Source: Amoeboradix gromovi X-113
Lineage: Eukaryota; Fungi; Sanchytriomycota
Reading direction: 5' to 3'
DNA length: 25,931 nucleotides
Assembly: GCA_018985225.1 (NCBI GenBank)
Contig: JADGIF010000055.1
Coordinates: forward strand, 1 to 25,931
The translations under genes were made by a program, and so were the position numbers. Shown here piece after piece: positions 1-11,017 of the stretch. The notes below the pieces were generated by a model. The model was not told the DNA's origin. It did no database searches and saw only the letters and a list, made by a program, of their open reading frames with translations. The first letter of the stretch is position 1; the number at the start of each line of letters is the position of its first letter.

Positions 1-5
1 TAAAG

Positions 6-72
6 TAATAAAGCTGAAATAATGTTCCAAGTTGTTACAGAAAGTTAGTCCAGTTTTTATATTTGATGTCCC
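6..72. repeat. Dispersed repeat, same family as 20512-20578 (probable element end)
   Basis: 6-69 vs 20512-20575: 51/64 identical without gaps. Reverse complement of 45-72 vs 20173-20200: 23/28. Confidence 0.8.
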
Positions 73-164
73 GTATGCTTCGAAATGACAGCTGCGTACG
101 GGGCCGTTTTCGCTGTCCGTGAAATTTGAAAAGTCTTATTATAAGAGACAATTCATTTATTGTA

Positions 165-1082
165 TTAGGTTAACAATAGAATGTTACCTTCTCCAATCTT
201 ATTTTTGAAAAGATATGTGAATCTCTCAAGCCTTGCTAAGCCGTAAGTCAGGTAGTTAAACGATCTCGATTCATTCCTAGATTTATATAAACCCCAGACA
301 CCCCAATAAAGATGTGAAAGCAATGAATTAAGAGCTACCCTCTTTTCGAACAGTTCAATCCTACTACTATCTTCCTGAGCGCCCAAGGAATCAGAAGGAT
401 AAGCTTTGTCTGCTAAATAGTATCTATAAAACTGATTGCGAATTACTGCACTTGGGTACTTTGAGTAGTTTAGTAGCTCTGGTGTATTACTGGAATAATC
501 AGCCATGTATTCACAAAAGTGATTCGCAACATCATATTCTCTGTTGGCGTAGCCCGAGTATTCAAAGTCTACAAATATAATTCCTTCGTTTGTTTTCAGA
601 ATGTTGCCATATTGCAAATCATTATGGCATAAAACCATATCATAATCATCCACGAGGTTTAGGAACTCGAAAGGCAGAGTATAGTCACACTCTTTCGCCA
701 TGGCTAACAAACTGTGTAAAACAACGTTGGTTTTATCGATTGGTGGTTTTAATGTGTGATACCAGGCCAAACGCTTCGCAATTTCCTTGTTATATGAAGC
801 TAATTCTACCGGAAGCAACTCAGTGTGTTCCACCCAGGTCTCAATTCGATACTCTTTATTCACATATTCTACCTTAACTGGATGACCATTTTTACCTAAA
901 TGCTGCAAAATAGAATTTTCATACTTGCGACTAAGTAGTGGACCAAAAATTCGCAGCAGATATCTGTTGTTCGAGGTTTCAAGCTTGTAAATTTGATTTG
1001 TAAGCGCGTTGGTTAATGGAGTGAGACTTCCGTGAAATTTTGAGGGCAAGTTTGGGATCATGCTCAAGTCAGGATGAATCAT
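165..1082 (-). CDS. Choline/ethanolamine kinase (305 aa)
   Basis: Brenner motif CHNDLQYGNIL, choline-kinase motif FVDFEYSGYANREYDVANHFCE, N-terminal ALTNQIY...LLRIFG and C-terminal SHLYWGVWG. AATAAA lies a few nt after the stop. Confidence 0.93.
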   Translation of the reverse strand: MIHPDLSMIPNLPSKFHGSLTPLTNALTNQIYKLETSNNRYLLRIFGPLLSRKYENSILQHLGKNGHPVKVEYVNKEYRIETWVEHTELLPVELASYNKEIAKRLAWYHTLKPPIDKTNVVLHSLLAMAKECDYTLPFEFLNLVDDYDMVLCHNDLQYGNILKTNEGIIFVDFEYSGYANREYDVANHFCEYMADYSSNTPELLNYSKYPSAVIRNQFYRYYLADKAYPSDSLGAQEDSSRIELFEKRVALNSLLSHLYWGVWGLYKSRNESRSFNYLTYGLARLERFTYLFKNKIGEGNILLLT

Positions 1083-1250
1083 GGGGATTTGGGGCTACTT
1101 ATTGGAAGATTTTTGAATTGTCCAATCATATGGCTGTGTACTTTAAATAAGCAGAACAATCTCGCGATAGTACAGAGTGGATGCCTATATCCGTTTCTTG
1201 TCTTTTTTTAAACTTGAGACAGTTTGATTTTATCTACTAACGAGGCTTGA

Positions 1251-1995
1251 ATGAAGGGTGATAAACCAGCAATTAGAACTCTCATAGCCTCATCATTTAT
1301 ATGTACTACTCCAATAGGAATAACCATGACATTTAATGAAAGGAAAATGGATAAGAAAGAGTGGAAAAAACATTTGAGAAATCCAAAGATAAATATGAAT
1401 TTTACCTTTGACCGCGTAAAATCAATTGAAAATTTTACTCCAGACGTATGGGAAGATGATTTCGACATGGGGGACGATCTAGAAATCCCGCAGATTATGA
1501 AAACTAATACCCTCCAAATAAAAAAAGAAATGGAAATGGTAAGAGAGTTTTCCTTCAAAATGAGCGGTATTTGTTACTAATTTAGAAGTCAAGTCTTTGA
1601 TATCCAGTATACAAACATCGATACAGCCTTATCTACTACCATTAGTTACTGATGTTCCAGAATCTTTTAATTGTTCCCATCCGATACTTAAAAACCTGGT
1701 ATTGACGTATTTCGCTACTCTACAAGAAGCTTTAGTACTGGTTGAACTAGATCAGGTGGAGGGAACTGCAGGTCTACAAGAGATTGTATTATCTTCATTT
1801 GATTCATTAAATGCCCCAAACAAATTCTATAAAACACCTACAAAGAGAATGCAATTAATATTAAAAGAAATACTTAACAGACCAGATGTGCTGGAATTTA
1901 AAACTGATGACATACCTAGAATGGTAGAATATGTCCCTCATATAATTGAAAATTTGACACAGATGAATAGAGATTTGAATTCAATAAAACTTTAA
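1251..1995 (+). CDS. Hypothetical protein, 2 exons (1251-1566, 1586-1995), about 241 aa; start codon uncertain
   Basis: ORFs 1251..1580 and 1597..1995 join in frame (...KMS-E-VKSLISS...) after removing the 19-nt intron 1567-1585. No family recognised. Confidence 0.7.
1567..1585 (+). other. 19-nt spliceosomal intron GTATTTGTTACTAATTTAG
   Basis: GT..AG with CTAAT branch-like motif abutting TTAG. Removal fuses two ORFs in frame. Confidence 0.8.
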
Positions 1996-2046
1996 TTTTA
2001 ATCAATCCAACAAACATGACGCAAAACAATTGTAATCTATTTGGAT

Positions 2047-3195
2047 TTATTCAAAATCTATTTGTATAACTGGATATTGTGGGTTCTTTGGAACTATGAC
2101 TATTGGTTCATTAGTAAAAGAGATTTGTACTGCATTAATGACAACGTTACTGTTTCCGGAGAGTTCATTCTCAGACTTAGATCTTCTCGCCATATACTCC
2201 TTGGCCTTGTCTTCAGAAACAGTTTTAGAGTGCCTATGTGATATATCAACTCTGTGTGGAGCATCTTTTCCTTCTAACAAACTTTCATCGCTATTGAAAT
2301 AATACTCAACTAGGCTGTCAATATTGTCCCTGAAGTCGAAAGCAGACATTGAAGCTGTAGCCTTTAAGGGTGTTAAAGAAAATCCAGGATTACCTTTCTT
2401 ACCTGTGGTTTCTGAATCTTCTTCCTCCAAAATTTTACCTACAAACGATGAAGTTGGCGGTTCATTGTCCGGGGCTGTTTGAGAGAATGAAGACAAGCCC
2501 CCAAGAGTCATAGGTCTCCTTGAAGGATTTTTCTTTTTTAACAATTTTGTGCCTTTTCTGGACACCAGCACTTCTAGTTTTTCAAGCACCTGATCTTTTG
2601 AATGCTCAGAAGCTGGCTTATCTTGACTAACGCGGACAACTTTAATTTTGTGCCGCATTCTGTGAACTTGAATCTCTTGCTCTTTTAGCGGATTTCCAGA
2701 TATTCCGAATCCATGTAATTGTGGGAGAAGCATTAATATCACTTCAGCATCCGTAATAAGATTATTGGATAACCCTAAAAACTTCAATTTTTCCAAAGAC
2801 CTTATCTGAATAGGTATATCTCTTATTTTGTTGTTTGATATACTTAAAAAATCCAAACTAGTTAGTCTAACTATTTCTATTGGGAACTCTTTGATATCAT
2901 TACTAGTGAGCCATAATTTTTCCAAATTCCAAGCCGATTTACAGGATTTAACCAACATTTCGTTTATGGACGACTCTGTGAGCCTATTTCCGCTCAAATT
3001 TAATATTTTCAGTGAGCGGGGCATAGCAGGAACGGAAACGATCGCGTTATTGCTTAAATCTACGGTATGTAATGAATTCAACGTGGTAAATAATGAGGGT
3101 ATTTTAGTTATAGAGTTATTGCTAATATTCAGCTCTTGAACTATCAATTCCAACGTTGGAATTTCTTCAAGCTTTTTCCAACTAAGATCTAACAT
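2047..3195 (-). CDS. Leucine-rich repeat protein (typical LxxLxLxxNxL repeats in the N-terminal half, low-complexity C-terminal half)
   Basis: Repeats such as LNISNNSITKIP, LHTVDLSNNAIVSVP, LDFLSISNNKIRDIP and LKFLGLSNNLIT; cap ISGNPL. Confidence 0.88.
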   Translation of the reverse strand: MLDLSWKKLEEIPTLELIVQELNISNNSITKIPSLFTTLNSLHTVDLSNNAIVSVPAMPRSLKILNLSGNRLTESSINEMLVKSCKSAWNLEKLWLTSNDIKEFPIEIVRLTSLDFLSISNNKIRDIPIQIRSLEKLKFLGLSNNLITDAEVILMLLPQLHGFGISGNPLKEQEIQVHRMRHKIKVVRVSQDKPASEHSKDQVLEKLEVLVSRKGTKLLKKKNPSRRPMTLGGLSSFSQTAPDNEPPTSSFVGKILEEEDSETTGKKGNPGFSLTPLKATASMSAFDFRDNIDSLVEYYFNSDESLLEGKDAPHRVDISHRHSKTVSEDKAKEYMARRSKSENELSGNSNVVINAVQISFTNEPIVIVPKNPQYPVIQIDFE

Positions 3196-3230
3196 GAAAA
3201 ATATTACCCACTTTGAAAGAAATTCATTTA

Positions 3231-4487
3231 TTATATAAGATTTGACAGAAAATCAGGCTCAGAATCATTCGGTCCGGACTCACTATACTGAGCACCATTT
3301 GAATATTCCGGAAGTTGTTCCGGAAGTTGCAAGGCATCAACTGCGGGTACTAGTGGAGAATGCGAACTCACCTGATGTGTGTTTGGTGAAGAGCCAGGTG
3401 TAAGCATACTGTGCTCACGACCATACATATGCTGCAGATGAGTTTGAATTTGATGAGCAGGCGCCGAATTGGCTCTACTTCTATTTTGATTCAAAAAAGC
3501 CGTAATGTCATCATGAGGTTGCTGGAACTGGCTAACCTGAGGTTGATGTGAGTTTTGCATGTGATGTACTGCTAGTTGCTGCTGATGTCCCTGAAGGGGT
3601 GGCGTCACCATTAAGTCATTTAGCTGCTGATAAGGTAGGGACATTCTCCTGTCATGAATAGGGGATATTCCTGATGATATCGAAATAGTAGAAGGACGCC
3701 TAACACTCTGCATCTGCATAAACTGCTGTTGAAGTGAGGGACCACCTAAGAGAGTAACTCCATGTTCATCCATCACAGATTTTTCACATGGAGTCAAATC
3801 CTCAAAAGTTATCTGATAATTTTCTGTCAACAAACGGATTCCACTGCAGGGGCTTTGAGGCAATCCTTCAAGATTGTCCATCCATTCCATCTGTACAGGA
3901 AAAGGGATGTGAATAATTACTTTTGAATCTTGAGTAGACATTTGAATCCAAATTTTGTTCTCCAGAGGACTAAACCAGACATGAAAATGCTTGACTACTT
4001 GACTTCCAACCACTAAAGTATCAACATGCAGAATAGTATCTTGCGAATGCGTCATGTTCTTATAGTACATCATTTGCTGCAGCATATTAGTTGGCATATT
4101 AGCAGGAGAACTGCCAGGCACACCATAAGGTGTCGAATTTCTTCTCCATTTAGGCACCGACATTCTTCCGCCAGGTACATTAATTGCGCCTTGGCTCTGC
4201 TTCTGCATATTTCTCATTTTAGCACGTCTATTTTGGAACCATATCTGTACTGACCGTTCTGGCATGTTAATTTGTGTGGATAGTTCCTCTCGAGCTTTTG
4301 AATTAGGACATGGTGTCGTGTAGAAAAAGCTTTCTAAGATAGCAACTTGCTCAGGGGTAGCTCTATTTCTTTTCTTTTTCTTTTGCGCAATTTCGAATGG
4401 GTGACTGTCATTTTCCATTTGGAATCGGAGAAGGAAAATAACCCCTTTTGGGTACATGAGAACCCACATGATTGGTGACTTTTTCAT
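3231..4487 (-). CDS. Homeodomain transcription factor (fungal type); true start may be ATG at 4418 (MENDSH...)
   Basis: KKKRNRATPEQVAILESFF...PNSKAREELSTQINMPERSVQIWFQNRRAKMR; Q/H/S/P-rich C-terminus. Confidence 0.93.
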   Translation of the reverse strand: MKKSPIMWVLMYPKGVIFLLRFQMENDSHPFEIAQKKKKRNRATPEQVAILESFFYTTPCPNSKAREELSTQINMPERSVQIWFQNRRAKMRNMQKQSQGAINVPGGRMSVPKWRRNSTPYGVPGSSPANMPTNMLQQMMYYKNMTHSQDTILHVDTLVVGSQVVKHFHVWFSPLENKIWIQMSTQDSKVIIHIPFPVQMEWMDNLEGLPQSPCSGIRLLTENYQITFEDLTPCEKSVMDEHGVTLLGGPSLQQQFMQMQSVRRPSTISISSGISPIHDRRMSLPYQQLNDLMVTPPLQGHQQQLAVHHMQNSHQPQVSQFQQPHDDITAFLNQNRSRANSAPAHQIQTHLQHMYGREHSMLTPGSSPNTHQVSSHSPLVPAVDALQLPEQLPEYSNGAQYSESGPNDSEPDFLSNLI

Positions 4488-4598
4488 GACTTTAATTTAT
4501 TTGGCTTGCACCATTGCAAGCATTCCAACAACAGTACGAGACTATCAAAACTTAATTCTAGAGACTTTAATTAGATAATTTATTTTGATATCAAATAA

Positions 4599-7039
4599 TC
4601 ACCCATCTCTTGACAACTGGTGCAGCGATCTGTCTGAACCGGAGGTGTTCAGTCTTTCTTTTAATCGAAGTTGAGTGGCTGCTGTTGCCAATGGTTTAGA
4701 GCTCATGTTTGTGTTTGGAGTTGGTGAAATTGCGTTTCCTCCAAACACACTTTGAATCGTTTCCAACTTTCCCGTAAGTTGAATTAATTCGTATTGGGTT
4801 TTGCCCAGCTCGGTTCTTAACTCTTGGTTTTCTGCCATTATTTCCTTGACCTTTTTGTAAGCTTTAGTAACAACATAGTCATACTTTATTTTAGTTTGCT
4901 GCAGCTGGGCAACCTGCCGTTTGGACTCCTCCAATTCCAAATGGAGTCTTGTGTTCTGCTCCAAAAGAATCTCAATTGCCCTACTATTGGATTCCACACG
5001 CTCCACATCAAGTGCATAGGAATGCTGCCTACTAAGTACTTGCTCATTATTAGATGGAGTGCGCGTTGTTTTTAACTCTTCTATATGCTCGGATCGCTCT
5101 GTATGCTCTTCTTTTGCCCCAGAAATTGTCCTATTTCCAGATCGTTCTAGTTCTTCTTTTGCTCCGGAGATAACCCTAGAGCTAACTCTTTCGTCCTCCT
5201 TTGCCCCAGAATTTACTCTGGACCCACCTTTACCTTGTGCATTAGGAATTGTGGCAACAGAGTCTCTAATGTTAGAGTCGTCGTCCTCTTCTTCAAGTTT
5301 AGCGCTTTGAATTCTTCTGCTAAATGGGTCATCCTTTTCTCGATTCTCCAGAGTATCTTGCCTCCTTTTTTCATCAAAGGCAGTCAATCTAGGACTAATG
5401 GGGATGTAGATTGGGCTAGTTCTATCCAGATTCACTGAAGCTCTATTGGACCTAGAATTCCTCAAAAAGTCCGGCACAGCCTGGGAAGGGTCAAACTCCG
5501 GAACTTTAATGTCTAATTCTACTATTTGATTCTTGTTTTGTCTTATTGTGCTGCCATTACTGTTTAGCTCAGCGCTATTCTTACTACTAGGGTCTGTACT
5601 GTTCTTTCTAGTAAAAGAGGTACTTGAGACACCTTTGGCCATAGGGTAATAGCGATCCTTCTCTAGTTCATATTCGTCCTCTAAATTTGCAGCTGTAAAC
5701 TGCTGTTTAACTTTCGTACTACGTTAATAAAACCATACTCTTTAATTTCAGTTGCCTTGTGATCCACTTTGATTCTTTCTACAGGCTTCGGAGGCTCTCT
5801 CTTTAGAAATCTGTCTTCAAAAGAGTCGTCGCTGTTAACCGTATCATTTTCTTTTTTTACATCTTCTAAGTTTTTTATCTTATCTTGCTTTTTAATTACA
5901 GTGTTAGCTTTGATATTAGTAAAAACTTTAAAAGATTTTCTCACTAAGCCCTCCTTCGTATCTTTTGGGGCTACCCTTTGGGGCTCGAGATTAGCAGCTT
6001 TTTTTGGCCCAAGAACAGTCTCAGGATCACTATCTAGAAAATCTAACAACGATTGTAAGTTTTTACGCTCTTTATCGGTGAAACCATTCCCTATCCCAGG
6101 TAGCCGAGGTACTTCTACTCTAGCCTCTAGTCTTTTGACAGGAGTTTTCCTCTTCTCGCCATTTAATGTACTTGCATCTGATGCTTGTTTGCGCAACTTA
6201 TTTAATGACTCTTCTGAGTCTTCCTCATTGATTATGGGCTTAACCATGGTCTTTCTGTTTTCCAGCAGATCTATATGTGCCATTCTTTTTTCTGACTCTG
6301 ATATTGACTCAATTGGATCACTTATTTCAGATTTGGAAATTAGGTCGCTAATTTGTAATGTATTACGCTTACTGGTGAAAGTCGAGGACTCTCTTTTGTC
6401 GTAGTTTTTCCTAGTATCGCACTTCTCTACAAAAGCTTTGAGCGATTCGTCTTCCAAAAGTAGTTTAAAAAAATCTTCTACTTTAATTACAGTGGCATCC
6501 GATTCTACAAATTTCTTGTAAATAAGCATAATGATATACGAAGCGAATACTTGCAGCAAGCATCTCAAATACTCAAGAGCCTGATCGTTTCTCAATTTTT
6601 TGTTTGTGGCACTTGATAACTTTTCCACCTCTGATCTGATAACATCAGTTTCCATAACTTTTCCCTGTTTTGATAAAAGAAATCTAAATAAATTGTTCCG
6701 CTGTAATGTATTAATATTATAAGAGTCTTTATAAGAATCATCTTTCATTTCCTCGTAATACTCTCTATTTGTAAAGGGTATAAAATCTAATGAAAATGGA
6801 CGATTTACAGAACTAAGACATACTGATTTTATGTCGTCAATCGTTATAACATTGGTTGACGCGTTGGTAAACAAATACGTTATCAAGTCTAGGACCAAAT
6901 TATTATAAACATTGATGGTCTCGCTCGATAGCTTGTATGATTTACCTAGAACAAGAGATATGGTCTTTGGATTTATGTATTTGTTATCATACTTGCTACT
7001 TCGAAATGACGAATGTCGAACTTGATATTGAACTTCCAT
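4599..7039 (-). CDS. Single ~806-aa protein, 2 exons (7039-5739, 5718-4599): putative N-terminal tandem histone-fold-like region, disordered middle, C-terminal coiled coil
   Basis: Removing the 20-nt intron 5719-5738 gives ...TEIK-D-TKVKQQFTAANLEDEYELEKDRYYP-MAKG..., continuous with ORF 4599..5642. H2A-like segment ALEYLRCLLQVFASYIIMLI...IKVEDFFKLLLEDESL. Heptad region LLEQNTRLHLELEESKRQVAQLQ. Confidence 0.78.
5091..5223 (-). repeat. Three imperfect intragenic tandem repeats (14-15 aa; RxxSGAKE)
   Basis: SRVNSGAKEDERVS / SRVISGAKEELERSG / NRTISGAKEEHTERS; DNA period 42-45 nt. Confidence 0.85.
5719..5738 (-). other. 20-nt spliceosomal intron GTATGGTTTTATTAACGTAG
   Basis: GT..AG with TTAAC branch-like motif. 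Removal joins two long ORFs in frame. Confidence 0.82.
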
Positions 7040-7157
7040 TCTTTATAGTGGCTTGGTGAAGAGGGTATATCTTAGTGTAATACAGACGATTGAAGAAACA
7101 CCTACTATTTTTAAATAATTTTGCTCTGTTTTTCTTGTCCAAACATATTTCATCGTA

Positions 7158-8606
7158 ATGTCAAGGCTTGGATGCATTTTTCCAGAAATTGATCTAATCA
7201 GCTCTGAATTTGAGCTATCTAAGGTTGCTGGTAAGTTCTCAGGCCACAAAGGATCTAGAGACATACATGAGGCTAACCAAATACCAGTAAATAGACGATT
7301 TAGCACAGATTTGTCTAAATCCGTAGAAAAAGTTGGAATGAAAGATGGACTCATGGATGTAAATGATGTTCTGCCTGCCTTCATGAGTATTAAAACTGAT
7401 TTTCAACCCAGTCCATTTACAGGAAAATACGAAAATGTTAGAACAAAGATATTTCAGAGAACAAATTCTAAAATTAATGGACTACTAAAGACCCAGAAGA
7501 TAACATTTACAAATGTTGTAGATATTGATGATTCAGAGTTCGGGGCATACATCAAAAGAAACTTGGCATGCAAATTTGGTGAAAGCGGTTTTTTTAAAGG
7601 ATTTATGCTGTTTGTTGTATTGATGAACACTTTTACGCTTGCACTCCAAACCGACACTAAGTATCAGAACAACTATGCTCTCGATGTTATTGACTGTATT
7701 TTTCAAGGAATTTTTGTATTTGAAGTGTGCTTTAAATGGTTCTACGGATTTAAAGTATACTGGAAATCAGCCTGGAACTGGCTTGACTTTTCATTAGCAG
7801 CTCTTCCTCTACTGGGTTCATCACTTAACTTTCTTAATGCAGGAAAGGTGTTCAAAGTTGTCAGAGTATTTAAAGTATTGAGATCATTGAGAAGTATTCA
7901 GTCGTTTGATAGCTTATTACGAATTACACAGTCTATAGGTAAAAGTATTCCTCAAATAGTGAACACTTTACTGCTACTCGGCATCTTAATGGTGGTGTTC
8001 GCCATTGTCGGAGTTGATATTTTAAATACAGATGACTTTGATTCATTTGATGTCGCAATGTTCAGTTTATTCCAAGTAACTACTCAGGATGGATGGGTAA
8101 ACTTAATACAGGCCTGCAAAGATAAGGGACAAAGAGTTGAAGCATATTTGTATTTCGGATTGTTTGAAATTATCGGAGTTTTTATTTTACAAAATTTAAT
8201 AATTGCGGCTATTGTAAACAACACTCAGGATACATTTGAGCAGGTCAAAGCTAGAAAGACGCAGCAAAACAGGAAGCTACTATCGATGTATACTCAAAAG
8301 GACCCAAAGTTTTACGATCAATCAGTCGTTCATCTCAAGCCTAATTACTCCGAATATACCAGAGTTCCATACCAAGTAATTCAAAAAGATAAATTAGACT
8401 CTGGAAAAGTTGATAAGCTATGTTTATTTATTGGGATTATGGAACATTTGTATTCCGAAATTGAGAGAAAATCAAAGGAATTGAGCGAGATTCAAGACAT
8501 GATTAAATTTAATGAAATGAAAATAAGTTCGACTGAAGCCATTTATAGTGAAAATGATTTGGATGAACTGGACGTCTTGAGTTCGTTGTTGAAAGGTAGA
8601 CAGTAA
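7158..8606 (+). CDS. Single-domain 6-TM voltage-gated cation channel, CatSper alpha (CatSper4-like)
   Basis: S3 YWKSAWNWLDF, S4 KVFKVVRVFKVLRSLRSI, pore LFQVTTQDGWVNL (TQDGW is the CatSper4 filter), S6 FILQNLIIAAIVNN, C-terminal coiled coil. Confidence 0.85.
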   Translation: MSRLGCIFPEIDLISSEFELSKVAGKFSGHKGSRDIHEANQIPVNRRFSTDLSKSVEKVGMKDGLMDVNDVLPAFMSIKTDFQPSPFTGKYENVRTKIFQRTNSKINGLLKTQKITFTNVVDIDDSEFGAYIKRNLACKFGESGFFKGFMLFVVLMNTFTLALQTDTKYQNNYALDVIDCIFQGIFVFEVCFKWFYGFKVYWKSAWNWLDFSLAALPLLGSSLNFLNAGKVFKVVRVFKVLRSLRSIQSFDSLLRITQSIGKSIPQIVNTLLLLGILMVVFAIVGVDILNTDDFDSFDVAMFSLFQVTTQDGWVNLIQACKDKGQRVEAYLYFGLFEIIGVFILQNLIIAAIVNNTQDTFEQVKARKTQQNRKLLSMYTQKDPKFYDQSVVHLKPNYSEYTRVPYQVIQKDKLDSGKVDKLCLFIGIMEHLYSEIERKSKELSEIQDMIKFNEMKISSTEAIYSENDLDELDVLSSLLKGRQ

Positions 8607-8611
8607 AAAAC

Positions 8612-11017
8612 TTATTCAACTTTTAACGAGCCATCGAGATTATCAGATGAATCCGATTTGCTTTGCTTTAGTGTCAAACCTTCTTCTGCCTCTAAAATAG
8701 ACTTTTTTCTCCTTCTCATGTTATTTATTGCATACCTTTCTGCCATTTCTAGTGTGTCTACGGCCAGACTGTCATCCGAAGCAAACTCCTCTTCAATTTT
8801 TAAATTTAATCTTGACTTTGCAATTAGTATCTCTATAGGATAGTTTATGTTTGCAATGCACTTTTCGATCGCATTGTGCACTTCATTTCCTGCCACAAAT
8901 ATTTCATCTAAGTGAGTTTATAACATACACTGAAACCTCTCAATGTTTACCATACTCGGTAGTAGTTCTAACAGTTTTTGGAGGGTTATCAGAGTTTGCT
9001 GTATATCTGACAGTCTTTTTAATCTGATTTGATAGGATTCAAGATCAAAAACATCCAAATCAGTTGCTAATTCGACTAGCCTGATTTGGTCAGATATCTG
9101 AGCTAGCACTCTTTGAACATCTTCGTCAGATGAGCAAGTTTTAATATCGCCAATTTCCCTTAACTGGGTTTCCAGATTGGTGCTGCAAATAGACATGATC
9201 TTAATAAATAAGTCCTCTAGTTTGGATTGAGATGTTGATCTAATAGCTGCTATGCTTATCTCCACTTTGGTTATTTCAGTGTTGTTGGAAATCTCATTGG
9301 AAAAAGCACGTAGAGCTTCAAATCTAAAGATATTTCCACGCAAATCAAGAACTTTCAAGGCATAAAAATTTCTCACCCCTTCTCCCAAAGCAAACAGACT
9401 GTTGAAATGCAATTTGCAATAAGCCAAAGACAGTGATTTTAATTTGGTGTTTTTAGAAAGTGATTTTTGAATATATCTGGAATATTCGTCTCTTTCCTCT
9501 GTCTTTCTACTTTTTTCGTTTTTTCTCAAATCTACAAAATCTTCTTCACATCCACCGATCATATTGTGGCTTAAATCCAATATTTCTAAACAGTTGTTTT
9601 CAGAAATGGATTCGAATATGGTCTCACAACTAGTACATTCTATCATATTATGACTAAGATTAAGTTGGCGAATAGTATTGTCCGTTTTTAATAAGTCGCA
9701 CAACATAAATATGCCATGGCGAATTACATTGTGGCTTAAATCCAAAACCCACAAACCGTTTTTGCCTTGGACCTGATCATTTAAATAAACAGCCGAAAGC
9801 TTTTGTAATTTTTCCTCTAAATCTACGTCTTTTTCTCTTATTAAATCCCTTGCGGTTCTTTCAACGAATTTAACGTACTTTTTCTCTTGTTTTGGATCAT
9901 AAACGTAAGAGCTAAACAGCCTTAATAATCCAAAACAAGCAACCTCGTCAATGGAATTTTTTCTAAGTGATAAGTAACGAATATTGCTATTTTTAACACC
10001 AGCAGCCAAGGACTGTAGCTGAAAGACTGTGTTTAGTTCCATATTATCAAGTTTCAATGTCTGAAGACCTTGAAAAATTAGGTTGGATTGAGATAGAGCA
10101 TTCTGTTTTTGAATTTGAAAACAGGTGCTTAAGCAGTTGAGTGTCTTCTGTTCCTTCATTGAGATTCCAGAAAGATCTAGGGATCTGATCCCTTTCAATT
10201 TATGTAAAGTTTCGCACAATCTTCGAATGCCCGCATCTGTGACCATGTTATTATCGGATATGTCAAGTACTTGCAGTGTGACAGAAGTCTCTATTCCACA
10301 CAATATCATTGTAAGCCGCTCATCATTTAAGCTACAGTTTCGAACTTGCAAGGACTCCAATCCAAAATCGTAGAAAAGAATGCCGGAAAGGACAGTTATC
10401 ACACTGAAGGCGCTTAAGTTGACTCCCTTCAAGTCAAATCTAACCGACCCTGATCCGGCCTTCTCAAGCCTGTCTACCACAATTGGAAGTGGCTCTACAT
10501 TTTTATTGGAGCAAACTTGTATATACAGCTGTAATATTTTATCAGGACTCATCTTAATATTGTGGTGCTCATATTTCAAATCTTCATCTTCCTTCTCGGC
10601 TACCCTTGGAAACATTTCTAGCAAGAACTGAACTTTCTTAAATTTCTTCATATCCACTAGCGTGGAAGATGAGAGACTTTCTTTTTCAGTCTCTTCCGAT
10701 CTTGTATCAATAGACCCAACCCTCTTCAAGACCTTTGCCAGCAACCTAGTTTTTAGCTTCTCTTTCGGAGTGTTTTTAATTTTTAAAATAGATTTTGAAT
10801 TTTTCAGCTTGGATAAATCGGAATTTGTGCTAGAGTAATACATATACTCTCCATCTTCGCTGTATTTAACGTTTTCGGGTAGAACCTTTTCTTCCAAGTT
10901 AATTTGAGTAATTTTCTTTACTCTGCTTCTTTTTTTTGTTTTTAATGAAGTAGTTCTTATATAGTTTGTAATCTCTTCAAAGTCATTTTTTGATATATCT
11001 TCAATATCATTTTCCAT
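8612..11017 (-). CDS. RI-like LRR protein with RVxF-type motif (PPP1R37 / Gip3-Mhp1-like PP1 regulator), 2 exons (11017-8929, 8907-8612), about 794 aa
   Basis: KKVQF motif followed by LYIQVCSNKNVEPLPIVVDRL, then RI-type LRRs (LQVLDISDN, IRYLSLRKN, LWVLDLSHN, LEILDLSHN). Removing the 21-nt intron gives ERFQ-Y-EIFVAGNEVH. First ATG is at 11017; the ORF track starts at a TTG. Confidence 0.8.
8908..8928 (-). other. 21-nt spliceosomal intron GTATGTTATAAACTCACTTAG
   Basis: Canonical GTATGT donor, CTCAC branch-like motif, and an in-frame TAA inside. Removal joins ORFs 8918..11029 and 8612..8896. Confidence 0.85.

Noticed and set aside
1222-1244. Intron-like 23-mer with TACTAAC upstream of ORF 1251
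   Set aside because: GTTT donor, branch A at -5 instead of -6, and splicing from the ATG at 1181 leads to a stop within three codons.
7065-7085. Intron-like 21-mer GTATATCTTAGTGTAATACAG on + upstream of the channel gene
   Set aside because: It fits the consensus fairly well, but an in-frame TAA lies between it and the ATG at 7158. At most it is a 5' UTR intron and cannot be supported without cDNA.
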